Source: a virus
Reading direction: 5' to 3' (one strand)
Length of the DNA: 64,000 bases
Virus record (IMG/VR): IMGVR_UViG_3300032073_000008
Coordinates: 32,001 to 96,000 of that record
In this document: positions 27,081 through 37,034 of the stretch, piece by piece
How the letters are laid out: every line of letters starts with the position of its first letter
How positions within the stretch are numbered: position 1 is the first letter of the stretch
Notes under the pieces: generated by a model
Seen by the model: only the letters and a program-made list of their open reading frames with translations
Told to the model about the DNA's origin: nothing
The model's database searches: none
Position numbers and translations under genes: made by a program

Positions 27081-27845
27081 TTAGAAACCCTCACTAAATG
27101 GATTCATCTCACTGAAGTCAACAAAGTCTGCTGCTTTTAAGTCAAATGTGCTATTTCTTGCTGCTGAATCAGTTGATTCAATGCTATATTCTTCATTCAA
27201 TACATTCTCTCCACTCTCCATGACAAGATTATCGCCAGACTCATCAAGTATCTGGTTGTCCATTCTATCGCCAGAGTATAATGTCTCGATCTCATCAATG
27301 GTATTGATACCAGTGTTAAGCCTTTCATGGCTGTATTCAAACAACTCACAACGGAGATCATATGTTTGTAGTGAGCCAAGCTGGTAGAAAACAGATTCAT
27401 GCTCAACAAACTTAACTTCAAACAACTTATTATTGAGCGGAAAATAAATTAGATCACCCTCAACTGGACGACCTGCAGCTTTTGTTGTGTTTTCGTCTTG
27501 AATTTCTTCGCTGAATCTTCTGCGTGAAACAGTTAATGTCATTTCGTCTCTTATCTCAACATTAAACTTAGATAAGAAATCACCATCACCATCAAACCCA
27601 TCTACTGACTTAATATACATCTCAATAGAATAAGCTGATAATGATTCACCATCACCATCACCATTTGTAACTGCGTCAAACTTAGACAGGGTATCTTCGC
27701 CAAAGACACCGTCTTCAGCAACTAATGTTCTGGGCATGTAATAACAATCTACACCATAAACCTTAATTGCCTCAGTTACGAGATCTTCTATAAGGTTTTG
27801 TTCTTCTGTAAATTGATAATTATTAAAATATAAATTTGTAGCCAT
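27081..27845 (-). CDS. gp14: Neck protein
   Basis: EQNLIEDL..E.IK.YG, FLSKF, RP.EGDLIYFP, CELFEYS, DFSEMNPF. Confidence 0.95.
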   Translation of the reverse strand: MATNLYFNNYQFTEEQNLIEDLVTEAIKVYGVDCYYMPRTLVAEDGVFGEDTLSKFDAVTNGDGDGESLSAYSIEMYIKSVDGFDGDGDFLSKFNVEIRDEMTLTVSRRRFSEEIQDENTTKAAGRPVEGDLIYFPLNNKLFEVKFVEHESVFYQLGSLQTYDLRCELFEYSHERLNTGINTIDEIETLYSGDRMDNQILDESGDNLVMESGENVLNEEYSIESTDSAARNSTFDLKAADFVDFSEMNPFSEGF

Positions 27846-27849
27846 TTAA

Positions 27850-28590
27850 TTAGCCTATCATATCCATAGCTGGCATAGAGAATCGTTTCTGTACTTCTTC
27901 TTCTAACTTTTGGATTTCTTCATTGGCTTCATTCCAAATATTTTGACCATTAAATGTTACTCCACCTGGAAGTTGTAAACCCTCAAACTTTTTAAGGTTT
28001 TCACCCCATTGTTTTTTGATTAAAGCAGTCGCATATTGACGCAACCACCAATCGCCCCAGACTTGCGTATTTGAGTCTGGATCAATAACTTGATAACACT
28101 CAACGATAATATACTCACCGACATTTACTCTAGACCAGTCCATATCAATATGTAACTTGTCAGTGTGACGACTAAATCTTAATGGTTGCTTCCCTACAAA
28201 TAACTCTTGTAGGAGAGCGATTCTTTCCATAGAAGAAGCATAATTCTGAAATTGTGCGTGTGACCAATCATAAACATCATTAAGTGTTATTTGATATCTA
28301 AGATTGAACATATTATTTGTATTAAGTCCAGCACCAATTGGAAAAATGTTTATCACACCATTAATAGTTTCGGGTATAGTTAAATACCCATTATTAATAT
28401 CTGCTTGTGTTACTTGTGCTTTTAGAAAAGTTCTTTCGGTGCCATCATAATGATAATCTCTATAAAAATCTAATGCGTCATCTATACGATCATCTACTTG
28501 ATCGTCATCAACATTAATTTCAACAACTGGTGCACCGAGCCTGCGTAGGCAATATGTTTTGAATGTGCTTTTACTTGTAGGTACTGACAT
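27850..28590 (-). CDS. gp13: Neck protein
   Basis: YCLRRLGAPVVEINVDDDQ, YATALIK.QWG.NL.KF, LPGGVT.NG. Confidence 0.96.
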   Translation of the reverse strand: MSVPTSKSTFKTYCLRRLGAPVVEINVDDDQVDDRIDDALDFYRDYHYDGTERTFLKAQVTQADINNGYLTIPETINGVINIFPIGAGLNTNNMFNLRYQITLNDVYDWSHAQFQNYASSMERIALLQELFVGKQPLRFSRHTDKLHIDMDWSRVNVGEYIIVECYQVIDPDSNTQVWGDWWLRQYATALIKKQWGENLKKFEGLQLPGGVTFNGQNIWNEANEEIQKLEEEVQKRFSMPAMDMIG

Positions 28591-28623
28591 ATGTATAGTC
28601 TCGAAGTCTGGATTAATCTAGAC

Positions 28624-28631
28624 TATTTATA
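28624..28631 (-). promoter_or_regulatory. Late promoter for gp13
   Basis: TATAAATA. Confidence 0.8.
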
Positions 28632-28672
28632 AGAACAATAAACAGTTATAATCTATCAACTACACCATAAAT

Positions 28673-29209
28673 TCATGAAGGTATGCCTTTAAACTTCCCA
28701 TCTTCAAAATCATCCTCACCGAACACAAAATCTTCATATGCATTTTTCAAATCATCATCCCAATATTTTTTTTCATGTTTTTCAATAGCAGCAAATGTGA
28801 CCTCACAACCATCAAGTTCTGGAGTATCAGGTTCCCAATCAATTAACACAGTAGTTGAAACCAACATCATATTCCTCACTGCTTCTGCTAAATTATCGCC
28901 ATGAGATTCTTCGGTTTTAGATGTAGTTGCTAGAGGATAAAAAATTAATCCATTTTGTATTCTTTCTTTCTTTAATAAGCCGTGTGTTGTTGTCATCTTT
29001 TTTGACAAGAATAATGGTTTAAACTTCAAATATTTCTGAGGAACACCATCTTTTTTTCTGGCGATACGGCTCTCAGTTATTTCAACAACAGGAACTTGAG
29101 ATTGAATTTTCGGAGATGGATCAAAATCTTCATATCTTTCACCCAGTTCTTTCCTTATATGTTCCAATTCTTCTTCTGTCATGTGGTAATTTTTATTTGA
29201 TCTACTCAT
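28673..29209 (-). CDS. Hypothetical protein
   Basis: Open frame with ATGA overlap to the upstream 949-aa gene; no recognisable motif. Confidence 0.65.
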   Translation of the reverse strand: MSRSNKNYHMTEEELEHIRKELGERYEDFDPSPKIQSQVPVVEITESRIARKKDGVPQKYLKFKPLFLSKKMTTTHGLLKKERIQNGLIFYPLATTSKTEESHGDNLAEAVRNMMLVSTTVLIDWEPDTPELDGCEVTFAAIEKHEKKYWDDDLKNAYEDFVFGEDDFEDGKFKGIPS

Positions 29210-32055
29210 GTGTCTACGCACCTCATAACAAATGATTGTGCTATAACGGAATGCATTTTTTTCTGTACCGCATTTCCAGGTGGATAGCTATCATAATGAA
29301 CTGTTCCAGGACGCTGTAGCACTTCAAGTGCCAAGTTTCCAGCAGAGCTTGTTTTAGTGGGGTCATCAGGATCCATAATCATCGAAAGTGTGGTTCTAGC
29401 ACCGCCAGCATAGGATTGATATGTCCTGTATTCCTGTTCATGAATATGATTGTAGTCGACATTTGTGTGCGATATATCAAGAGTAGGTCTCTGAGGACCA
29501 AACGCAAAATCATCAAATACTGTATGAATCATAAGATCACCATAATTAACAGCTTGTTGAGTCTCTGGACCTAGAACATCACTCGAACCAAAAGTGAAAG
29601 ATTGAAGACCAGTTCTCTCTGGTGATTTGAAAGAGTTTGTCACACATTCCCATTTTCCTGGAAACATAAAAACATCTTGTACAGCAAAACGCTTGCTTGC
29701 ATGCTGACCGACAAATCTGACTTTTAATCTCCCTATCTCGCTAAGTGGAAGAGGGATATGATAGACATACCATAATGAGTGTGGGTGGTCTGCTTCATTG
29801 GATATGCCAGCTGTTTGACCTAGAGCTTCTAAATGTCCTTGCGGATAATCACCTTCTCCGTCGTTATCTTCTCCACCAAAAGAATATGCACCCCTCAATG
29901 GGAAACAGTCTACAGTAGATAAATCAGCATCACCAGTTCCTTCAGTAACATTTAAACAAGTGGGTTGAAATTTTGAAGAAGCATCATTAACAAAGTCATC
30001 CGAGTTGCCTCCCAAGTTCCCACCTTCATAAGAAAAATAACCTTTGGTGTCAGTTCCATCCATAACCTCTGCACCTAGCTGTGCGTGATTTATAAGGACG
30101 GTTGTGAAGGTATAGTCCCTATAATCTAATCTCTGGGAATAATTTTTTCTAGTTCCTTCTGAACCACCCCAAAATAAACCAAATAGATTAGTATCTTCTG
30201 TCACAGCAGATGTTGTGTCATGTTGAGGCATAGAACCAAAAAAACCGTCACCAGTGCCACCTGATATATATTGTTCAAACATAGCATCAGTGTCATATTT
30301 GAAAGAATAATAAGTCATTACTCTATCTTCTTCATGCTGAGGGCTTAAATATGTGTACTGTCTGCTAACTTCGGTTGGACCCCTGCTCCATGCTCTAGTA
30401 TTGTAAAAGTGTAACCTTGCTTCCCAAAGCTCTGGTTTTTTCTGAGCAGATTGAAAATCAGAAAATTTTAATAGGTTTCCTTCAACTGAGTGATCTCCGA
30501 TTGTTAATAACTCGCTATCATTGTAACGCGGTATTCCTCTTGTACCCCACCTTCCTGGTGTCGATGTTTGAAGCATTCTTCGCAATGCTTGTAACTCTAA
30601 CGCATCTGCATTAGAAGTATCACCTGCAGCACGAGTTTTTTTTGCTGCCGATATAAATGTGTTTACTATACCATCTGTTCTCGGAACATCAGCTAAAGGC
30701 AAGATTTTGTCTGAATGCCATAAAAAATCAGCAAAAGAAGTGTCATTATTCAAATCGCCATAGTAACCAACACTCGGAAGATTTAAAATACCATTATTGT
30801 CGCCTCTATCAGCATAATTGAGATAATATAATAACCTCACCACTCCAGCACTATCTGGACCCTCGACTGAGATGAGAGAACCACTTATAAAATATGGACC
30901 AATATCACTGCCAGTGTTATTTCTTAAGAACATGTTTTTTAGGTTGCCATTATATTCAATTTGACTAGCCCCAGTCGCAGTAAATTCACTACCAAAACGG
31001 TTTGATTCTATTATTGTTGTGAATTTAGTATCTCGCCCATCATTCAGGTTGTCAGTATCATAGGTTCCACCACTATCGCTTGGATTAAAACTGACTTGGA
31101 AAAAAGCACCGTCATTTCCTGACACAGTTCCTGAAGCGTCGGTAAAACCAGATGTGTCATATGCAGCATAAGTACCTGTGACATCTCGTGTTAAACCACG
31201 ATAATATCCGCTCAAGTATGACTCACTAAAAAATCTAACTCCTCCTTCCCATGAATGTGTTGACTCTGGTTTATAAACATCTGGCAGGTGACCAAATTCA
31301 TCCATGATACCACCTTCAAGTAAACTTAGATAAGTAATATCATTATTAACTTTTATACTGGGTGTTGATTCAGCACCAGTTTGGGAAATTTGAACAACCT
31401 TTCCTGCACCAATTTCTATCGAAGTATCATCGATTGTTGTACTCCATACACCATTTTCTTGGAGGCTTTGATCAAAATTCAAAATACCAAATATAGTATA
31501 AGTGGCAAAGGTTGGGTCGTTTGATGCTAATATTCTCGTATAATCTGCATGATGAAAACTGCTAGTATCAGTGCCTCTAATTTTAATTGTAAATTTGGAA
31601 ATGTTTCTTGGTTGAAGCATATCAATTTGCAGATAATTTAAACTTGCATCAGTGATGCCTAATGTCCACCACCAGTGAGATCCACCAAAAGCAGAATCTG
31701 GGCTATAGGTAGACGAATGAGAATAGCCAGCACTTACTGATATATCGCCTTGAGAGTATGGACCAAGTAGTTCGTCTGCACCACCATCAAGGTCGCTGCC
31801 ATCTACTGCGAATGTGGCGGTTGGATAGACTGTATTAGTCACAGCTTCCGTTATCTGACATGATGATATCGCCTGACGATCTGTGCTGTTATTAAAAGTT
31901 CTGAGAGCAGTTTCGTTTGCAGTTAATACAGCATCTGTGCCATCTGTAGCAATGATCCTATAATACCTATATGGACCGCCATGTGGACCACCGTTTCCAG
32001 CCACAGTAGAAGATCGAAATGAGATATCTCCTGTAGTTGATGATTTTACAGCCAT
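29206..32055 (-). CDS. 949-aa hypothetical protein, probably virion/receptor-binding; N-terminal discoidin/F5-8-like segment suspected
   Basis: YRYYRI, PDSAFG..WWW...YLQIDM.QPR.I.KF; G/S/T/D/Y-rich; under a late promoter. Confidence 0.55.
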   Translation of the reverse strand: MAVKSSTTGDISFRSSTVAGNGGPHGGPYRYYRIIATDGTDAVLTANETALRTFNNSTDRQAISSCQITEAVTNTVYPTATFAVDGSDLDGGADELLGPYSQGDISVSAGYSHSSTYSPDSAFGGSHWWWTLGITDASLNYLQIDMLQPRNISKFTIKIRGTDTSSFHHADYTRILASNDPTFATYTIFGILNFDQSLQENGVWSTTIDDTSIEIGAGKVVQISQTGAESTPSIKVNNDITYLSLLEGGIMDEFGHLPDVYKPESTHSWEGGVRFFSESYLSGYYRGLTRDVTGTYAAYDTSGFTDASGTVSGNDGAFFQVSFNPSDSGGTYDTDNLNDGRDTKFTTIIESNRFGSEFTATGASQIEYNGNLKNMFLRNNTGSDIGPYFISGSLISVEGPDSAGVVRLLYYLNYADRGDNNGILNLPSVGYYGDLNNDTSFADFLWHSDKILPLADVPRTDGIVNTFISAAKKTRAAGDTSNADALELQALRRMLQTSTPGRWGTRGIPRYNDSELLTIGDHSVEGNLLKFSDFQSAQKKPELWEARLHFYNTRAWSRGPTEVSRQYTYLSPQHEEDRVMTYYSFKYDTDAMFEQYISGGTGDGFFGSMPQHDTTSAVTEDTNLFGLFWGGSEGTRKNYSQRLDYRDYTFTTVLINHAQLGAEVMDGTDTKGYFSYEGGNLGGNSDDFVNDASSKFQPTCLNVTEGTGDADLSTVDCFPLRGAYSFGGEDNDGEGDYPQGHLEALGQTAGISNEADHPHSLWYVYHIPLPLSEIGRLKVRFVGQHASKRFAVQDVFMFPGKWECVTNSFKSPERTGLQSFTFGSSDVLGPETQQAVNYGDLMIHTVFDDFAFGPQRPTLDISHTNVDYNHIHEQEYRTYQSYAGGARTTLSMIMDPDDPTKTSSAGNLALEVLQRPGTVHYDSYPPGNAVQKKMHSVIAQSFVMRCVDT

Positions 32056-32080
32056 TCTATTCTACCTTATTATGTTATTC

Positions 32081-32410
32081 TCAGACCCACGGAAGATCGC
32101 GTGGTTGAGTAGAGTTTCTTTTTTCTTCTATGGCTTGATCACAAGCGTTTTTACATTTGTTAAGATATTCATCAGAAATATTTGACTCGATCCAAGAAAC
32201 GACTGTATTTGCTTGTAAGTTGCCAAACTCTACAAATTCGGATCCTGATTCTGGTTCTGGTATAACAGTGTTTCCTTCAAATCTAACAACAGTGCCATCA
32301 TCGTGGGTTCCAACTAAATGAAATGCCACATTCACTACAGCTTTTTCATGACCATGTGATGTTGTTTTAGTATCTAGATAAACAATGTCGTAGTAATATT
32401 GGTTTGCCAT
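32081..32410 (-). CDS. Small fibre-associated protein (possible assembly chaperone)
   Basis: FVEFGNL....V..W and C-terminal LPW, a pattern common next to phage fibre genes. Confidence 0.6.
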   Translation of the reverse strand: MANQYYYDIVYLDTKTTSHGHEKAVVNVAFHLVGTHDDGTVVRFEGNTVIPEPESGSEFVEFGNLQANTVVSWIESNISDEYLNKCKNACDQAIEEKRNSTQPRDLPWV

Positions 32411-32449
32411 TTATTGACCTGCTTGTTGTTGATGTTTACATTAATGTTC

Positions 32450-32457
32450 TATTTATA
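32450..32457 (-). promoter_or_regulatory. Late promoter
   Basis: TATAAATA. Confidence 0.75.
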
Positions 32458-32473
32458 ATAGTTTTTTGTTCCA

Positions 32474-33622
32474 TTATTTATTTTTGATCATATTATATTT
32501 TTCTTCTAAGCTCTTAGCTGAACAATTGGCTGGATGTTCTATTTGACAAACAACCTCACCATCAACCTCAATATCCCACAAATAATTTAATGTTGTCTCA
32601 AACACTTCAGGAACATAATCTGGAGGATAATCAACCTCAAGCTCAGGTAATGAATAATCTTCATGCAACAACATTTGCTTTTCCATATTGCATATCTCTT
32701 GGTTAAAAGGAAATAACCATTTGTTATTATTCTCACCAAATTCACCAACTTGACAAACAACTCCAGGATTGCTAGTATCATAGATATATGTTGGCGGTTT
32801 TTCCACATTGCAAAACATTTCTAATCTTCCATGATAAGATTCATTTTTAAGAATAAAATATTGTGCTGTATCTTCTCCTACAAGAAGAAATTCTTTAAAT
32901 TTATGTACTGCTGCTTTTCTAGAATACCATGTTACTCTGCAGTGAGCTTCAAATGTTTCGCAATATTTTTGTTGTTTAGCATAATATATTAACATCTCTA
33001 ATCTATCGCCTTTAGATATTTTCCTATCACTTGATAGTCCAGCGATGACTTTATTCCATAATTCTTTCTTTCTTACTTTACCATCAGCAGAATCTAATAG
33101 GTTAAGTGTTTCAGGTTCACCATTTACAGTAAAAATTAAATTTGGTTTAACCTTGATATATTCTTCTGGTATATCACCAAGTTTCAATTCATTTTGATCA
33201 ACATTATTTTCTTTTATCCATGTGTCAACAAGATTTCTATCCCAGACAAGAGCCATTTGATTTTTCATGCAAATAACATCTGGTGGAGAGTCTTGCTCAG
33301 CTATTCTTTTATACATCCAAACGCCATGTTGTGTCAAATAATCATCACCGTCAATCATAACAAAATAATCTTGATCACTCTCTAAAAATAAATCAAGCAC
33401 ACTGTTCTTTCCACGCGATGCAGTTCCGTTAGAATCTGTGACATAATGTTCTATATCTCTAGAGGAACACCACTCTTTCGCTTCAGCTTCATACTCTTTA
33501 TCTAAAGTATTGATTACAACAATAAGATCTTCCTTTGGTATTGCACTATAATCTGGGTGAATGTGTCTTTCAAGGCAATTAATTGATCTAGTAGTTAATA
33601 CATAAAATTTCATTTTATTCAT
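32474..33622 (-). CDS. GT-A-fold glycosyltransferase-like protein
   Basis: LIVVINT, SNGTASRGKNSVL, YFVMIDGDDYL (DxD), VGED. Confidence 0.7.
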   Translation of the reverse strand: MNKMKFYVLTTRSINCLERHIHPDYSAIPKEDLIVVINTLDKEYEAEAKEWCSSRDIEHYVTDSNGTASRGKNSVLDLFLESDQDYFVMIDGDDYLTQHGVWMYKRIAEQDSPPDVICMKNQMALVWDRNLVDTWIKENNVDQNELKLGDIPEEYIKVKPNLIFTVNGEPETLNLLDSADGKVRKKELWNKVIAGLSSDRKISKGDRLEMLIYYAKQQKYCETFEAHCRVTWYSRKAAVHKFKEFLLVGEDTAQYFILKNESYHGRLEMFCNVEKPPTYIYDTSNPGVVCQVGEFGENNNKWLFPFNQEICNMEKQMLLHEDYSLPELEVDYPPDYVPEVFETTLNYLWDIEVDGEVVCQIEHPANCSAKSLEEKYNMIKNK

Positions 33623-34242
33623 CTATCAATCCTTTTTATCCAACTGCTGTCTTGAAATACTTTTGTTGGTCTTTTGATAATTTCATCTATAGCCTGCACG
33701 CATCCAGGAAATGCTGGCTCATCTGTTTTGGGGAATTGAGGAAATCTGTAATCATGCCCACCTATAAAACCCCCAGTTTTAACTTTTGGTATGTAATTAA
33801 TCAAATCAGATTTAACTGCTTCATAGCTATGGTTAGCATCAATGTAAATGAAATCAAAATATTCGTCTTGAAATACTTCGTGGATATTTTGGCTGAAATC
33901 TCTATGATGCACAATATTATGATAATGTCTGGTATTTAAAAGAAACTGATTTTCAACAAACTCCCAGTCATAAAAATTCTCATCATTAAATTGTTCTTCT
34001 CCAGTGAATGGCTCTATACAATGTATTTCTTTAAATAAATTTGCCATACCAAACATAGCTGTTGATTCGCCCATGTAACTACCAATCTCGAGCATTTTTG
34101 CTTCCTTCACACCTCTTTTTTGCAGATCTTGTATTAATCTAAAAAGACCAGTCACAAAAACATTACCTTTGAACTCACTAAAAAATTGTGGTGGTGTGAA
34201 TCTAAGTGAGTATAAAACTTTGTCATCTCTTGTGTATGTCAT
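33619..34242 (-). CDS. Class I SAM-dependent methyltransferase (Methyltransf_24-like)
   Basis: LEIGSYMGES, DFIYIDANHSYEAV..D, GGFIGGHDY; ATGA overlaps at both ends. Confidence 0.9.
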   Translation of the reverse strand: MTYTRDDKVLYSLRFTPPQFFSEFKGNVFVTGLFRLIQDLQKRGVKEAKMLEIGSYMGESTAMFGMANLFKEIHCIEPFTGEEQFNDENFYDWEFVENQFLLNTRHYHNIVHHRDFSQNIHEVFQDEYFDFIYIDANHSYEAVKSDLINYIPKVKTGGFIGGHDYRFPQFPKTDEPAFPGCVQAIDEIIKRPTKVFQDSSWIKRIDR

Positions 34243-36110
34243 AAAGTATCTCCTGTGTACCTCGAAGTCCACATTGTCAGACTATATTTAACGCCACTCG
34301 TCAACTCTTCACACAAGTGACCGTGTGTTACCATTCCTGGAAATAGTATACACTTACCAACTTCTATATTTTTATTGGTGATATTTTGTCTTGGAAAAAC
34401 TAAATCAGCACCCTCATACTCATCATTTAATTTTACTGATCCAGTAATCATGCTTGCGTCACAGTGATGGTTTAGGCTCTTTTGTGTTTCTAGACAATAC
34501 CTCATAACAAACGCATCGCGTAATCCATACATTAATGTTGGTTTCCAGAATGCTTCTGTTATAGGATAAATGTTTTTCTGCCAATGGTTTTCTAATGCTT
34601 CAAAAGCACCAAACTCTGACATTCGTATTTCATAAGCTGGGAACTTATCTCCTTCCAATGGCTCCCACCCACCATGATTGTCTGCCATCGCAATCAAGTC
34701 TTCGCATTGTGATTGTGTCATGAAGTCTATGACTAACATATCATCGGATATAACATCAACCCCTTTGTAGTTTGGTATATACAACATTGGTGTTGACATC
34801 TTAACAGAGTTTCTTGCAGCATTAAATTTTTTCTTTGCTTCGTCACCACCGTTTCCATGATAGATACACCCAAATGTATTAGTGACAGGATTTAAAAATT
34901 TATTTTGGTCAACATCATATTTCACTTGTGGCTCGTGACATTGGAATATGTAACCCTCATAGTCCAGCTTCATGTCATAATCACCAGACAAGAATGCTTT
35001 CTGATAAAATAGTTGATCATCTGAAGAGTTTTCAATAGTGGCAGAGCTGAGTATCTTTTTCAGCTCACTTACAACCCCAATAAATGTACCGCTGTTTAGG
35101 TATCTATACTTTGTGCCACCATCTGGGAACTTTTCAGCAAGGGATTTATCTGGCCAAATCTCTGTCTCGGATGAGAATAAAACTTTTGTTCGGAAGCTGA
35201 GATATCTTCTAGTTATCTCCTCAAGGTCAGAGAAATACATCACATCATATGCATCAGTAAAAAGAACAACATCGTTGTCTGGGAGTTCATTCACATAGTC
35301 TCTGAGGATATTAATCTTATGACCACCCCCAGTTGATTGCATAGTGCCACCTTGCCACTCAACACCTTTACCGAGATTTTTAGGATAAACACCATACAAC
35401 GCAGCAGTGTCATTTAGAGGAGCACATTTTTTTATGTCAGTGCCAATTGTTACAGCGTGTGTATTGAAGTCAATGAAGAAGTCAGCTTCATTATTATTTT
35501 CTATATCTGATGACAACAAAGATCTGGGTGTTTGCTTTATAACATCATCTTTAAATGCAACAACATTCATATTGTCTATCATTATAGGAAGATATTCGTC
35601 TACTGGTATTATTGCTTGATCAACATTCCCATCAATAAGCTGTTGTGCTGTTTTTGGCGTTATAGCATAAGCATGGGCGTTATATGGATATGATGGAACT
35701 TCAAGCTCATCATCTATTGAAACAACCTCGTCAGGTCTATTTTCGTTCCTGCCAAAATAGACCATATCATATTTTTTTATTAGTTTATTTGCTTTCTTGT
35801 CGGTGTAATTATCTCCAACAATCGCATCATCTTCTAATATGAGAACTGGTTCATTTAATTCGATGCATTTCAACCACGCTTCTCGATGAGATAAAGTGCA
35901 TCCAACCTCTGATTTTTTAAGTTTTCTATTTAAGAAAGGATCACGCCAAGACAAATGCGATGAAAACCCAATGCCCTTCAATGCTTTGAAATCTAATCCA
36001 GAAGCATCTATGGCATTGAGCCATTCATAATTTGTTATTTTTGAATTTACTTTTAAAAAGTGTTCCTTGCGATCTGTTCTTCTCGCAAGATTTATAACCA
36101 ACTTTTTCAT
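34239..36110 (-). CDS. Three-domain GT25 (ColGalT/LgtB-like) + PLOD-type glycosyltransferase + 2OG-Fe(II) lysyl-hydroxylase-like protein
   Basis: GT25: INLARRTDRK, EVGCTLSH..AW, ILEDDA, PVDEYLP. PLOD GT: W.GG.M...GGGHKI, VLFTDAYDV, YLNSGTFIG, DDQLFY, HGNG. Hydroxylase: FVMRY, HHCDAS, NDEYEG...F, LFPG.VTH.H, G.KY. Confidence 0.88.
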   Translation of the reverse strand: MKKLVINLARRTDRKEHFLKVNSKITNYEWLNAIDASGLDFKALKGIGFSSHLSWRDPFLNRKLKKSEVGCTLSHREAWLKCIELNEPVLILEDDAIVGDNYTDKKANKLIKKYDMVYFGRNENRPDEVVSIDDELEVPSYPYNAHAYAITPKTAQQLIDGNVDQAIIPVDEYLPIMIDNMNVVAFKDDVIKQTPRSLLSSDIENNNEADFFIDFNTHAVTIGTDIKKCAPLNDTAALYGVYPKNLGKGVEWQGGTMQSTGGGHKINILRDYVNELPDNDVVLFTDAYDVMYFSDLEEITRRYLSFRTKVLFSSETEIWPDKSLAEKFPDGGTKYRYLNSGTFIGVVSELKKILSSATIENSSDDQLFYQKAFLSGDYDMKLDYEGYIFQCHEPQVKYDVDQNKFLNPVTNTFGCIYHGNGGDEAKKKFNAARNSVKMSTPMLYIPNYKGVDVISDDMLVIDFMTQSQCEDLIAMADNHGGWEPLEGDKFPAYEIRMSEFGAFEALENHWQKNIYPITEAFWKPTLMYGLRDAFVMRYCLETQKSLNHHCDASMITGSVKLNDEYEGADLVFPRQNITNKNIEVGKCILFPGMVTHGHLCEELTSGVKYSLTMWTSRYTGDTL

Positions 36111-36171
36111 CAACCACTCCGCAACATAATCAAATTTATGCTACTATATAGGAGTTGTAAAAAAGATGATT

Positions 36172-36336
36172 TTATCCTTTCTTCTGTTCCATCCTACCAA
36201 TAGCATCTAAAGAAGCAAATGTACCAATAGCAACAACAACAATACCCATTGTCAATGACATTTGCTCATTGTCCATACCTCCAACAGCACCGAAAATTAA
36301 AAAGAAACCTAACAATAATTGAATTGCATTTAACAT
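36172..36336 (-). CDS. 54-aa two-helix membrane protein
   Basis: Hand translation MLNAIQLLLGFFLIFGAVGGMDNEQMSLTMGIVVVAIGTFASLDAIGRMEQKKG*; not in the ORF track. Confidence 0.7.
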   Translation of the reverse strand: MLNAIQLLLGFFLIFGAVGGMDNEQMSLTMGIVVVAIGTFASLDAIGRMEQKKG

Positions 36337-36344
36337 AATATTTC

Positions 36345-36764
36345 TCACTTTAATGGTAGTTCAAAAGGGAAGCATTCAGCAAACAAAACTTTTTCGAGTT
36401 TATATGCCTCCTTTTCCCATGGTTGGTTTTCATACTGATATCCGTCAGCACTCCTTTTCTTCCATGCCCATCCACCGTTCTTTGTATAACCAAGTTCATT
36501 GCGCAGATATTGTCTTGCATGAACCATCTCATGAGCAAGTGTTATCATTTGCTGAAGGAATGTTGTAGGTTGAGTGGCAATAGTCAGCGTCAAATCATCA
36601 TCATCATACCAACATTCACCAATACATCCGTATGGAAGAACCCTCTGAAACTTAACAGTCAAAACTCTCTGAAATCTGTTTATCTTCAGTTCTTTGATTA
36701 AAGATTCAACATACAACATGACGGAGTCGCGATTTTTCACGCGACCTTTTATATTAACCAACAC
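36345..36764 (-). CDS. HExxH zinc-metallopeptidase-like protein
   Basis: TLAHEMVHARQY, Y..QPWEKEAY. Confidence 0.8.
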   Translation of the reverse strand: MLVNIKGRVKNRDSVMLYVESLIKELKINRFQRVLTVKFQRVLPYGCIGECWYDDDDLTLTIATQPTTFLQQMITLAHEMVHARQYLRNELGYTKNGGWAWKKRSADGYQYENQPWEKEAYKLEKVLFAECFPFELPLK

Positions 36765-37021
36765 TATGATGCAAACCTTGCGTCAAGCTCATCTTTTCTT
36801 TTGGATTCAATTTGAAGTTTGATCATATCAGCATGACCGACTATACGCTCCATGACTTCAGGATTTTCGTCAGCAAGAACATTCAAGAAACCTGTTAGAT
36901 AACCAACAACATAATTATCATTGTTAGCATTATTAAGCAAGTAGTCAGGATAGTTAGCTCTAATAGACGAAACGAAATCCTTAACAGCAAGCTCAGAAGT
37001 TTTAACATTATCATTACTCAT
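36764..37021 (-). CDS. Hypothetical early protein
   Basis: GAGG SD, 85 aa, YVVGYLTGFL. Confidence 0.7.
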   Translation of the reverse strand: MSNDNVKTSELAVKDFVSSIRANYPDYLLNNANNDNYVVGYLTGFLNVLADENPEVMERIVGHADMIKLQIESKRKDELDARFAS

Positions 37022-37034
37022 AAAATTACCTCAT

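Noticed and set aside
28595-28626. Hairpin AGTCTAGA/TCCAGACT in the gp13 leader
   Set aside because: Short, imperfect and unsupported without comparative data
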